Shown here: positions 44,748 through 53,779 of the stretch, piece by piece
How the letters are laid out: each line of letters begins with the position of its first letter
Position numbering within the stretch: the first letter of the stretch is position 1
Sequence record: NC_048016.1
Length of the DNA stretch: 64,000 nucleotides
Reading direction: 5' to 3' (one strand)
The notes under the pieces: model-generated
What the model saw: the letters and a program-made list of their open reading frames with translations, nothing else
What the model was told of the DNA's origin: nothing
Databases searched by the model: none
Made by a program: the position numbers and the translations under genes

Positions 44748-47261
44748 ATGTTAAAAGTCGAACGCATTATTCTCAAAGGTTTCACCGGTATGGGCTTGCA
44801 CGATATTGTCAAGTTCGACTTCACGGTGACCACCCCTGTGACCATTATTCTCGGTGGTAATGGCTCAGGAAAAAGCAGTCTCCTTTCCGTATACCTTCCT
44901 TTATGTCCCGCAAAAACTGATCTCTCTGATGGGGGTGAGTACACAAACTTTTCTCTTGTTGGTATCCAACGTTTTAAATTCCATGTCCGCCGTAAAGGCA
45001 GCAGTCTGATTTGTTGTATCGATAACCTCACCACCGGTGAGAACGTGGTCACTGACGTTAACCCGAAAGTGTATAACACCCACGTGGAATCCATGACCGG
45101 TCTTACCAAAGAAATCAAAGAACTTATTAACGGTGAGATCCAGCTGACGCGCGCGAATACCCCGCTGCGTAAAACGTGGTTCAGTAAAATGTCCACCTCG
45201 GACTTGGCCCACGCCTTGGGCTTTTATACCCGCTTGCGCAAACACTACAATGCGCTCGGTAACCAGATTGATTACGTCAGTGGCAAAATCTCGGACTCGC
45301 GTGTTCGCGTCATCGAAGACCAAGAGGCCCGTGAACGTTTAGAAAGTCGCATGGAAGAGATGCAGCAGGAAATCTCGCAACTCAACCGTGTGCTGGAAAA
45401 GCGCCCACCCACTGACCGTGCAATGACCCCCGCTGCGTTAAAAGAGCAGATGGAGAAGATGCGCAAAATCACCGACATGATTCTTGACGCAGACACCGTC
45501 ATTCCGACGCAAGAAATGATTGATGAAGAACAGCGTCTGTTGTTGGAAGCCCGTGAATGGGTTGCCTCCTCAGAAGCCACGCTCAAGGCGTATAACCGTG
45601 AACTGTCACAGTTAACCGATGAGCAAAACCGTCAGTCTTATTTGATGCGTAACCACAGTGGCCTGCAGACCACCATTGCCAGACTGGATGGTGAGTTGAC
45701 GACCCTGAAAACGGTGCGTCGGGTCTTCAGTGATTTGTTCGATGCCCAACGTTTCGTGGTGCCGGTGTTAGTAGATGCGGAAAGTCATGCCACTGAATTC
45801 ACAACGACCCTGACTCGCCTGATTGACCGCTTGCAGACCAACCGCCGTCTCAAGGAGATGGAAGAGGAATTGCAGCAGTACGACGTCAAGTGTTCGTACC
45901 AGAACGAAAAGATTGGACGCTGTGAGAATGTGTTGCGTAACCTGCAACACGATTTAAAGCATTACCACGATACCAGTGAAGTGGATTGCCCACAGTGCCA
46001 GTTCCATTTCCGTCCGGGTGTGACCCGCAGTCTGGAAGCGTTAACCGGTGAGTACAACCAGAACGAGACGTATCTGGCCCAGCTCAAAACGGACATGGAC
46101 ACGTTGATGCGTGACCGGGGTGAGATAGAGGAGGAGGTATCGAATCTGCGCAACATTCGCGGCATCATCATGACCTACTCCCGTGACCCGGTGCTGTCTA
46201 TCCTCTTCAAGCGTCTGCAGGAAGAGGAGGCGTTTACCACCAACCGTTCACGCTTCGGTAGTTTAGTGATGGCATTCTTTGATGAGCTGCGCGAAGCCCA
46301 GCATTATCTGCGCTTGGTGGAGCAGCTGGATAAGGCCAATCGGGAGTGGCAGGAAGCCGCCATGACGGTCGGGAATGTCGATACGGTGTTGCCTGAGAAG
46401 ATCCGTCGTTTAGAGGAACAAATCAACACTACCACACAGGCGCTCTCAGAGCACCGTCAGTACGCGCAAGAGAAAAACCAGAGTGTGAGTCGACTGAGTG
46501 TGTTAAACACCTCTGTAGCGGCGTTTGAGGCTTTCTACGCGGACTTCCAGCGCAGTTTGGTTGTTGCCCGTAACACAACGATTGTCGAGCACCTCAATCA
46601 AGCCCGTGAAAGCAAGCTGGATGCTTACGCCACGGCCCGCGACCGTTATCGTCAAATGACCAACGAGTTAGACCAGTTGGCCACCATGGAAAAAGATTTG
46701 GCTGCCCTGCAAGCTGAACGCCATGAGGCAAGGCAGATGATAACGGCATGGTCACCGGAGCAAGGTGTGCTGCGCAAATATTACTACAAAGCCATCGTGC
46801 GTATCACCGAGATGATGAACCACTATGTTGACTTGGTCTGGTCGTACCCAATGCGGGTCATGCCCTGCGACATGTCCGACGGCGAGTTGGATTATTTATT
46901 CCCCTTTAAGCTCAAAGACAAGGAAGAGCTGGCACCCGATGTCTGTAAAGGATCGAAAGCCCAAAAGGCAATGTTTGACTTGGCATACCGCTTAACGAGT
47001 TACAAGGGACTGGGTTTACAGAATTTCCCCTTGTTATTAGATGAGCCTTCTGAGGGCATGGATGAAGCCCACCGTCACCGTTTGGTTGATTTTATTAAAC
47101 GGTTATCTTCCAGCGGTGAGTTTTCTCAGTTGATCGTTGTATCGCACGATTCGGATGTGCATTCCAAACTGAACGAGGCCTCGTATTGCGTGGTCGAACC
47201 AGAAGGCGTGACGTTGCCGGACGTGTATAATGAACATGTCAAGATTCAATACGCGGAATAA
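44748..47261 (+). CDS. sbcC: SbcC/Rad50-like SMC ATPase
   Basis: Walker A GGNGSGKSS, long coiled coils, central CPQC zinc hook, Walker B LLLDEP, VSHD; ATG at 44748 preferred to TTG at 44733. Confidence 0.9.
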   Translation: MLKVERIILKGFTGMGLHDIVKFDFTVTTPVTIILGGNGSGKSSLLSVYLPLCPAKTDLSDGGEYTNFSLVGIQRFKFHVRRKGSSLICCIDNLTTGENVVTDVNPKVYNTHVESMTGLTKEIKELINGEIQLTRANTPLRKTWFSKMSTSDLAHALGFYTRLRKHYNALGNQIDYVSGKISDSRVRVIEDQEARERLESRMEEMQQEISQLNRVLEKRPPTDRAMTPAALKEQMEKMRKITDMILDADTVIPTQEMIDEEQRLLLEAREWVASSEATLKAYNRELSQLTDEQNRQSYLMRNHSGLQTTIARLDGELTTLKTVRRVFSDLFDAQRFVVPVLVDAESHATEFTTTLTRLIDRLQTNRRLKEMEEELQQYDVKCSYQNEKIGRCENVLRNLQHDLKHYHDTSEVDCPQCQFHFRPGVTRSLEALTGEYNQNETYLAQLKTDMDTLMRDRGEIEEEVSNLRNIRGIIMTYSRDPVLSILFKRLQEEEAFTTNRSRFGSLVMAFFDELREAQHYLRLVEQLDKANREWQEAAMTVGNVDTVLPEKIRRLEEQINTTTQALSEHRQYAQEKNQSVSRLSVLNTSVAAFEAFYADFQRSLVVARNTTIVEHLNQARESKLDAYATARDRYRQMTNELDQLATMEKDLAALQAERHEARQMITAWSPEQGVLRKYYYKAIVRITEMMNHYVDLVWSYPMRVMPCDMSDGELDYLFPFKLKDKEELAPDVCKGSKAQKAMFDLAYRLTSYKGLGLQNFPLLLDEPSEGMDEAHRHRLVDFIKRLSSSGEFSQLIVVSHDSDVHSKLNEASYCVVEPEGVTLPDVYNEHVKIQYAE

Positions 47262-47264
47262 TTA

Positions 47265-47444
47265 ATGCGCACTTTACTCACAGCAATCATTTGGGTTTTT
47301 GGTTTCCTCATCGCAATGGGTTCGATTATCGCCCTTGCCCTGGCCTCGTTTTTGTATTACATCGTGCCAATGGTCTTTGTTATTCCCGGTCGCGTCATCG
47401 GCTGGACTGAACAAGGTGCGGAGCCATGCCTAAAGAAACGTTAA
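47265..47444 (+). CDS. 59-aa membrane micro-protein
   Basis: MRTLLTAIIWVFGFLIAMGSIIALALASFLYYIVPMVFVIP..., strongly hydrophobic. Confidence 0.55.
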   Translation: MRTLLTAIIWVFGFLIAMGSIIALALASFLYYIVPMVFVIPGRVIGWTEQGAEPCLKKR

Positions 47445-47812
47445 GTAAACTACACGACGTTGCCATTCCGCTGTACGGCATTAACTTATTGGTGGCGGTC
47501 TGTCCTGACGCTGCCCGTGAGTTTGACCCGTACATGGACCTGCACCCAGATTGTTCGGCTGAGGTGTACGTGTTCCATCACGGTGAACGCCGTCATGCGT
47601 ATATCGGTGTGGTGTTTGAAAACGTGAACGCTGCGGATGCGAATACCGTGGCGCACGAAGCAGTTCATGCGGCGTGGCGAACGTTGGAGTGGGTTGGGAT
47701 TAAGGCTACGGTTGACAACCAAGAAGCGCTTGCGTATCTGGTGGGATGGGTGGCTCAGGAAATAACTGATTTTGTTACGCCTCATCGTAAGGCAAAAAGG
47801 AAGAAGAAATGA
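47426..47812 (+). CDS. small zincin-like protein (HEXXH)
   Basis: 128 aa; NTVAHEAVHAA motif. Confidence 0.6.
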   Translation: MPKETLSKLHDVAIPLYGINLLVAVCPDAAREFDPYMDLHPDCSAEVYVFHHGERRHAYIGVVFENVNAADANTVAHEAVHAAWRTLEWVGIKATVDNQEALAYLVGWVAQEITDFVTPHRKAKRKKK

Positions 47813-47916
47813 TTACTGGACTCGTGTTATCGGGAGTATGTCTGTGGATTATCGCCAAGGCATTCGGTTATATCCTCCGGGATGTAAAACGCAAGGAGGC
47901 CTTTCGTGAAGGGTGA
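47809..47916 (+). CDS. 35-aa single-TM micro-protein
   Basis: MITGLVLSGVCLWIIAKAFGYILRDVKRKEAFREG; ATGA overlap. Confidence 0.5.
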   Translation: MITGLVLSGVCLWIIAKAFGYILRDVKRKEAFREG

Positions 47917-48046
47917 CTTGTGGTTTAGTGTTCTCACCAAAGGTGAGATGGTAGTAGGCGGCCTGATGGCCGTGGTGTTTGGTTTGGCCGTGTTACTTGA
48001 TCAATATAAACGGAGAAAGCGTCATGGAAGAGATGACCATTTTTAG
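47906..48046 (+). CDS. 46-aa single-TM micro-protein
   Basis: GTG start with RBS AAGGAGG; hydrophobic core then KRRKRH. Confidence 0.55.
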   Translation: MKGDLWFSVLTKGEMVVGGLMAVVFGLAVLLDQYKRRKRHGRDDHF

Positions 48047-48329
48047 AGTAATCTGCAACAGCATCTGTTTGTTTGCGTTGTTTGGTGAACTGGCGCTGTT
48101 GACATTGGTGCGCGCTCGTTGTAATTGGGTTTGCCCCTGCACAGCGGAACTGCGACCGGTTGCTTGGCTGATTGTGATTGACACCATTGGCTTCACAGTC
48201 GGTATGGTCTACGCCAACTTGAGTGTCATGATACCGTTGACGTTGTTTGTCAGTACGTTATACATGGGACGCACAATCTGGCGTTGGGAAAAGAATGTTG
48301 ATACAAAGCGCGGATCTTCCTTATGCTAA
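48024..48329 (+). CDS. multi-TM small membrane protein
   Basis: 101 aa from MEEMTIF; RBS GGAG; about three hydrophobic segments. Confidence 0.6.
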   Translation: MEEMTIFRVICNSICLFALFGELALLTLVRARCNWVCPCTAELRPVAWLIVIDTIGFTVGMVYANLSVMIPLTLFVSTLYMGRTIWRWEKNVDTKRGSSLC

Positions 48330-48430
48330 AATTTATCGTGTGGTGTGGTAAGATGGTAATCTACGTTGGCGCAGCCAGCGTAGCCACTGTTTTCGGTGCT
48401 GTCTTAGCACTCACGCAAGGCTGGTTCTAA
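48323..48430 (+). CDS. 35-aa hydrophobic micro-protein
   Basis: MLKFIVWCGKMVIYVGAASVATVFGAVLALTQGWF. Confidence 0.45.
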   Translation: MLKFIVWCGKMVIYVGAASVATVFGAVLALTQGWF

Positions 48431-48447
48431 TTTCAGAGGAGTAAGGT

Positions 48448-48639
48448 GTGGACAAATCTGAAGGACGATTGATACGACGGGTTGGCGGTGCGGTTATGCC
48501 GGACAGATGTCGAACGTTCACGTTCGAGGTCGAGCAGCAACCAAAGGAGAACCCCGAACGAATGCGGGGCGATGGGCGAAGGGAACTTCGCAGTACGCGG
48601 TCTGGGTTTACCTACCCGGTGGCGAGGCGACGTGGCTGA
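48448..48639 (+). CDS. hypothetical protein
   Basis: 63 aa; GTG start with RBS GAGGAG. Confidence 0.4.
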   Translation: MDKSEGRLIRRVGGAVMPDRCRTFTFEVEQQPKENPERMRGDGRRELRSTRSGFTYPVARRRG

Positions 48640-48867
48640 CGAACCGTTAGATGAACGTGAAGTGGTAGTGGTGGGCATGGGTTACATCGGTTTGGTTGGT
48701 TCCAGGCTGCGACCCGACCCTGCCAGCGGGTTTCCTTTTGCACAGGAAGCTGAGGTCATGGGTACTCGCAAACTAGCACGCTACGAATCCGGTGAAGACT
48801 GGAGAGGGACTCAGCGACGCCATCAGGCGAACCGTAAGTATCGGAGGTAAATCTGGAACTTTCGGAT

Positions 48868-49323
48868 TTGGGTGTAGAATACGTGACGGACGAGCAAGCG
48901 CTAGCTCAAGCAGATCACAATACACTCTTAGCTATGTATCAGCACTTTCTGGAAGAACACGGCAGAATGGTGCAGGGTACAGACGTAGTAAAACCAAGTG
49001 TGCATGCGCTGCTGGATAACGACATGTGCCTTGTTACTGCCCGATGGAAGGGCGGCTTAATCGGTTTTGTGACGTTCGGTATAACGGAAACACGCAATAT
49101 AGCGTTGCACGTTGTCTATACGTTACGCGAACGACGAAGGCGGGGCGTTGCGTCTGCATTGTTGGATGAAATACGCAGACAGCATCCGGAAAAAAGAATG
49201 GTAGCGGAAGTCTACCAGCGTAACCAACCTGCTTTACGTTTGTTCACGAAACATTATTTTACTTTCGTATTCTGTACTGGCTGGGCTAGTGCAGTTCGAG
49301 AAATAGGAAATCCGTATCCATGA
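48868..49323 (+). CDS. GNAT family acetyltransferase
   Basis: LIGFV...LHVVYTLRERRRRGVASALL...NQPALRLF motifs. Confidence 0.8.
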   Translation: MGVEYVTDEQALAQADHNTLLAMYQHFLEEHGRMVQGTDVVKPSVHALLDNDMCLVTARWKGGLIGFVTFGITETRNIALHVVYTLRERRRRGVASALLDEIRRQHPEKRMVAEVYQRNQPALRLFTKHYFTFVFCTGWASAVREIGNPYP

Positions 49324-49802
49324 CCACCGTTACAATTTTGGCAGACATTCATTCGTTATCTGATTCACAGCAAAAGCAGTTGTTGGCATTGCATTATAAA
49401 TTTCTTAACTATCAGCGAATGGTTTTGAAAGTCGACCATGTTGTACCAAATGTAACGCTGGCGGCCATCGCTGCAGGCAACCAGTGTGCAGTTGCATTTG
49501 ACGATAACCAGACCGTTATCGGTTATTGCTTCTTCCGTTCGAATGCTGTCCAGATAGGCTTGCGTTGCCTGTTTGTCTCTGAGGCACATCGTCGTAAGTA
49601 TGTAATGACTGCTATCCTTTCTGCCGTGTCAGAAAGTTCGAACCACGAGTCTATTTCAGCCACTGTCTTCAAAGACAACTACCTCGGTGTGCAGATGTTC
49701 AAAGCACTGGGGTTTGTTGATGAAGAACGCAACGGATGGCTTGACTTTAACCTGAAAGTCAAAGCAGGCATTACTCATCCTAATGCCCTGCAGTCTGCCT
49801 AA
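49320..49802 (+). CDS. GNAT family acetyltransferase
   Basis: VIGYC...LFVSEAHRRKYV...N...MFKALGF; ATGA overlap with the first GNAT. Confidence 0.75.
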   Translation: MTTVTILADIHSLSDSQQKQLLALHYKFLNYQRMVLKVDHVVPNVTLAAIAAGNQCAVAFDDNQTVIGYCFFRSNAVQIGLRCLFVSEAHRRKYVMTAILSAVSESSNHESISATVFKDNYLGVQMFKALGFVDEERNGWLDFNLKVKAGITHPNALQSA

Positions 49803-49815
49803 GTAACACTACCTC

Positions 49816-49879
49816 GCTTCCCTTACGTATTGAGCCTATTACTCTGAGAGTAAATTCGCTCTTTTTACGTAGGGGAAGC
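49816..49879 (+). promoter_or_regulatory. 64-nt extended hairpin covering the downstream RBS
   Basis: 14-bp basal stem GCTTCCCTTACGTA/TACGTAGGGGAAGC, then GAGC/GCTC and TTACTC/GAGTAA. Confidence 0.55.
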
Positions 49880-49990
49880 TTTTTATGTTAAAACGCCAAA
49901 TTGCTGTCAACACAAAATCCTCCGGTATCAATACGGATCTGTGTTGGAATGAATACCAGCGCGCTGCGCCATTCTTACAGGAGTTTCTCA

Positions 49991-50290
49991 ATGGAGTTAA
50001 GTCAAAACGAGCGGATGTTGGACGGGTCGAAAGGGCACCCCTGCTCGCTGGTCCTGAGTTGGCAGCCGCCTGAGCCCGTGAGTCGTCGTAACGTTCTGGT
50101 TTCTTTTTTTGCCCAGAACGGAAACACCTTTTGTAACGTGGGCACTATTGGTCACGTTGATTGGGGGATGTCGCCTTTAACGGCTGCTGTACTTTATAAT
50201 CTCCCCGCTGCCCGTCACAAACTAAAAAGAGGTCGCGACTGGCTGATGCCTGATCACGTCCCCTATTACACACAAGCCCCAGTTTTTTAA
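49991..50290 (+). CDS. hypothetical protein
   Basis: 99 aa from MELSQ (RBS AGGAG); overlaps an alternative 62-aa ORF at 49885..50073. Confidence 0.4.
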   Translation: MELSQNERMLDGSKGHPCSLVLSWQPPEPVSRRNVLVSFFAQNGNTFCNVGTIGHVDWGMSPLTAAVLYNLPAARHKLKRGRDWLMPDHVPYYTQAPVF

Positions 50291-50302
50291 GCAGGTAGCC
50301 GT

Positions 50303-50689
50303 ATGGATTGGCCCATTTACCACGTCTTTGGAACATCGCAGTTGGATGACTCTGATTACGCTGCGTTACTGAATCAATTGGCACGTATTGAGTCTACGCG
50401 TCTTCACATTGGCAACAGTGTCGAGACGCCGCTTTCTCGTTTAGTCGGTTCAGACTTTCGGTTGTTCGATGCAGAACACCTGAGGGAGTCTTGGATAAAC
50501 ACAGCACTGTGGCGTGAAGCGTACATGCTCCAGTGGGCAAAAGTGGATATCGAGAAAGTATGGGATTCCTTCGTGGATGACCGCCAGAAAGCCCAAGTCA
50601 TGCACGTGATTGAACTCATGAATCGCAAGACGGTTCGGCATGAGGGCTTGGACGCCGTTTTTGCGAGTTGGCAAAAAAGGAATAAATAG
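50303..50689 (+). CDS. hypothetical protein
   Basis: 128 aa. Confidence 0.6.
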   Translation: MDWPIYHVFGTSQLDDSDYAALLNQLARIESTRLHIGNSVETPLSRLVGSDFRLFDAEHLRESWINTALWREAYMLQWAKVDIEKVWDSFVDDRQKAQVMHVIELMNRKTVRHEGLDAVFASWQKRNK

Positions 50690-50946
50690 TGGTAGACGAG
50701 AAAGGGGATTGGCTGGAACGATTGTTGCGGCCTTTCCATTCGAAGAAACCCGAGGAGAGAAAAGAACCGGAGTTGGCATACACTGCCATGGCGGCCCTTG
50801 AGTTGGATATCGAGCGGTCGATGGCGGATGAAGGCTATACGCAGGCGTTTGTGCGGGTGAGTACCAACACAACCACGATGCGCTTTACGGGGGACGGTAG
50901 ACGCACCCCCATCACGGTAACTATCAAAGTAGAGGAGGGATCATGA
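50689..50946 (+). CDS. hypothetical protein
   Basis: 85 aa; start overlaps the upstream stop. Confidence 0.5.
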   Translation: MVDEKGDWLERLLRPFHSKKPEERKEPELAYTAMAALELDIERSMADEGYTQAFVRVSTNTTTMRFTGDGRRTPITVTIKVEEGS

Positions 50947-51188
50947 AGATTATCAGTATTAAGTCCATGCCGGATAACTCCGGTATCGTTGAGATGTTTA
51001 ACGATGATGGCACGCTGTTTGGATTCGCTTTTGAGCCTTCGAAGGCCCACCGCGACGCGATGAAAGCTTGGACTGTCCCAACGCCCATCCCGAGCGGGAA
51101 TTTGCAGTGGGGTCAGTGGACGACGTACAACTCGCCCCTCACGGCAAAAATGGCACAGGTCACGTTGGCGGGGTTGCAACATGGATAA
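50943..51188 (+). CDS. hypothetical protein
   Basis: 81 aa; RBS GAGGAGG; ATGA overlap. Confidence 0.6.
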   Translation: MKIISIKSMPDNSGIVEMFNDDGTLFGFAFEPSKAHRDAMKAWTVPTPIPSGNLQWGQWTTYNSPLTAKMAQVTLAGLQHG

Positions 51189-51274
51189 CGAACAGCGAAA
51201 ACACCTCAAGGTGATCGTTGCTCGCTATGCCAATCGCCTTCTCAAGCAAATGAAAGAGAAAGAGAAAAACTAAT

Positions 51275-51766
51275 ATGTTAACATTGCACGATGAACTGAC
51301 CATACGTCAGAATCTGTTTAATGCGCCTCAGCGCTATAAGGTTGTGACGGTCAATTGTGTCGGAGCAATGGGCAAAGGCATCGCTCTCGAATGCCGTGAA
51401 CGCTACACACAGCTCTACCATGATTACCGTGCGCGTTGTCGCGCGGGTGAAATCGTCGTTGGTGAACTGACGGTTTATCAAGACGAAAACGTTATACTCT
51501 TCCCGACGAAAGTCCATTTTAAAGACCCCACACAGGTGTCTTATGTAACTCCTGCTTTGCATCGCCTAGCAGAACTTGCAGAACGGCTCGAGGGTGGCAT
51601 CGCACTGCCGCCTCTGGGTATGGCAAATGGTTGGCTTAAGTATTATCAGCGGGTGGAGGTTTGGAAAGGCTTACAGAACATTATTGCACCACTTGACGCG
51701 ACCGTGGACATGTACTTACCAACATGGCTACTGGAAGAAGCACAGCAAATATTCAGTGAAAAATAA
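51275..51766 (+). CDS. macrodomain protein (DarG/Appr-1-p processing-like)
   Basis: VVTVNCVGAMGKGIALEC...Y..Y...C...G...ILFPTKVHF...IALPPLG.ANG motifs. Confidence 0.85.
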   Translation: MLTLHDELTIRQNLFNAPQRYKVVTVNCVGAMGKGIALECRERYTQLYHDYRARCRAGEIVVGELTVYQDENVILFPTKVHFKDPTQVSYVTPALHRLAELAERLEGGIALPPLGMANGWLKYYQRVEVWKGLQNIIAPLDATVDMYLPTWLLEEAQQIFSEK

Positions 51767-51877
51767 TTGAGACATATTTTATCAGCTTGAACTATCACAG
51801 AGGAGTGAATTGGCTGACCGCGCCGTTACGAATCGTTCGAAACGGAAAAGAAATACATCCTTTCGGAGAACCCATCC

Positions 51878-52585
51878 ATGTTTAAGTTTCTAACCATTTC
51901 CCTGTTAAGCTTAGTCGCCTTTACTGCACAAGCTTCTTATCAGGCAGAATACCAGGACCACTTGCAAGACCGTTTCGAAAAAGTACAGCCACTCATCTTA
52001 GAAGTGGCCCGTCAGCAGAATGTTGACCCGGTGTTACTCACCACCGCAATGTATAAAGAGTCGCGCTTTGACGTCAAAGCCAAGAACCCCAAAAGTACCG
52101 CCCGGGGTGGCATGCAAATGCTCAAGGGTACTGCGAAGGCCATGATTAGCAAACACGGCAAGGAGTTAGGCATTGCGCACGGCGCGAACCTAAACAATCC
52201 CCGTGTGGCGTTGAAACTCTCAGCGGCCTACCTTAAAGACATTGAACAAGAAATGAACGGTCGTCTTAAACGACCAGTGTCGAACAGCGAGATTTACCTC
52301 GGCTATAAGTTTGGCCCCGGTACCGCCGCTTCACTGATTAAATCCGGTAAACACCGCAAACGCAACGGCACCATTGCACAGTTCCGACGTGCAGCTGCTT
52401 TCTACGCAGACCTTACTCCAGCAGCCCCGAAGAAAAAGGCTGGGAAGTCCGTGCGGTTGGCTTTTGCGAAGACAAAGGATAACGACCTGAAAGAACTCCA
52501 AGGGGTCTGGACATCGCTTTACGGTAACGCTGTAACGAAACCGAACCCTGACACTGTACTGGCATCAAACCGCAATCTCTTTTAA
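51878..52585 (+). CDS. soluble lytic transglycosylase (SLT domain) with N-terminal signal or SAR
   Basis: AMYKESRFDVKAKNPKSTARGGMQML, Y..YKFGPG; hydrophobic N-terminus ending AQA. Confidence 0.85.
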   Translation: MFKFLTISLLSLVAFTAQASYQAEYQDHLQDRFEKVQPLILEVARQQNVDPVLLTTAMYKESRFDVKAKNPKSTARGGMQMLKGTAKAMISKHGKELGIAHGANLNNPRVALKLSAAYLKDIEQEMNGRLKRPVSNSEIYLGYKFGPGTAASLIKSGKHRKRNGTIAQFRRAAAFYADLTPAAPKKKAGKSVRLAFAKTKDNDLKELQGVWTSLYGNAVTKPNPDTVLASNRNLF

Positions 52586-52596
52586 TAAGGATCAAT

Positions 52597-53112
52597 ATGA
52601 ACATCGTAGAACAACCGTGGTATCCTAAGCTGGTTCTCGCTGCCCAAGAAACGGCACGCGACGTTTACCAATTGGTGAAGGGCAGTGTGTCCGCAGAAGA
52701 CTCAGAGCAGTTTGATGAGAACTTCGCCGAGCTGCATGATTTCTTTGATGCGTTCCCAAGCGCCTTTGGGGATGACGAAGAAGAGATGATCGAGTTCGAC
52801 TGGAATGCGAACTTAGCACTGCTGTGGATCTGCGGTCTGCGTCCGGTTGTGGAAGAGACCGAAGTGGGTCATGTGCTGCTGTGGTTGCCGAAAGCCGGTT
52901 ACAGCCAAGACCTTATCTTCCGCGACGCGTACATGCAGGCAACGGTTGAACTGCAAAACCTCTTCTTTGAGAAGAGTGAGTATGCACAGCGTAGCTTCCT
53001 GACGATTCTGGAAAAGCTGGCCCGTACCCACACCCTGTGGCGTTCGGACGAAGCCCCGGAACATCAGTTCGTACTGGAATATAAAGTGGTGCCAAACCAA
53101 CCACTTATCTAA
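52597..53112 (+). CDS. hypothetical protein (acidic)
   Basis: 171 aa; RBS AAGGA. Confidence 0.7.
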   Translation: MNIVEQPWYPKLVLAAQETARDVYQLVKGSVSAEDSEQFDENFAELHDFFDAFPSAFGDDEEEMIEFDWNANLALLWICGLRPVVEETEVGHVLLWLPKAGYSQDLIFRDAYMQATVELQNLFFEKSEYAQRSFLTILEKLARTHTLWRSDEAPEHQFVLEYKVVPNQPLI

Positions 53113-53124
53113 AAGTAATCCTAC

Positions 53125-53158
53125 CCCGGTGGACTTCGGTCTGCCGGGCTTTTATTTT
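53125..53158 (+). terminator. rho-independent terminator (UUCG loop)
   Basis: CCCGGTGGAC-TTCG-GTCTGCCGGG plus a T-run. Confidence 0.75.
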
Positions 53159-53170
53159 AAGGAGTGCCTG

Positions 53171-53482
53171 ATGCAGGCTTTCTTATCATTCATCTCCGGT
53201 CGTGTTTGGTTGTGGTTAAACCGCAACGAACATTGGTTGATTCCGCTTCTACGCAAAGCAGAGCACCCCATTCCTGAGAAGTCAGTGTGGCTTGTGTATT
53301 TCACACTGTGGATTCTTTTCGTCACCTTGCCGTTCCTCATTGTAGGATGGCTCTTTACACTAACACCCATCGCCGAGATATGTCGGATGGCCCTGTACAC
53401 AGTCTGGCTGATTTTGATGGTACCTGTCAGTCGCGCTGTGTTCGACCCGTTTACAGTCTGGCGTCGCACCAGGATTAAGTAA
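53171..53482 (+). CDS. membrane protein
   Basis: 103 aa from MQAFL (RBS AAGGAG); two hydrophobic segments. Confidence 0.6.
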   Translation: MQAFLSFISGRVWLWLNRNEHWLIPLLRKAEHPIPEKSVWLVYFTLWILFVTLPFLIVGWLFTLTPIAEICRMALYTVWLILMVPVSRAVFDPFTVWRRTRIK

Positions 53483-53749
53483 ATGAAAACCCCCACCACG
53501 TTAGAACGCGCGGTCGCCCGTGATTTGTTTCTCGCACTGGCATGTGTACTTGGGCAGTTGGCGTATACGTCAATTGCAGTATTGGTACTGTACCATTACA
53601 CGAAAGTGGATCTTGATGATTTGCTAGCGTGGTGGTTTACCTATTTAGGTATTGGTCTTCCTTTAATCACAGCTTACGTGGTTGACTATGTCACCACACT
53701 CGAAGAACGCTCCCACTACGGTCGTCGTCTGGGAGACATTAAGCAGTAA
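53483..53749 (+). CDS. membrane protein
   Basis: 88 aa; two hydrophobic segments. Confidence 0.55.
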   Translation: MKTPTTLERAVARDLFLALACVLGQLAYTSIAVLVLYHYTKVDLDDLLAWWFTYLGIGLPLITAYVVDYVTTLEERSHYGRRLGDIKQ

Positions 53750-53779
53750 ACCCTCATCTACCTTTAAGGATACTTTATC

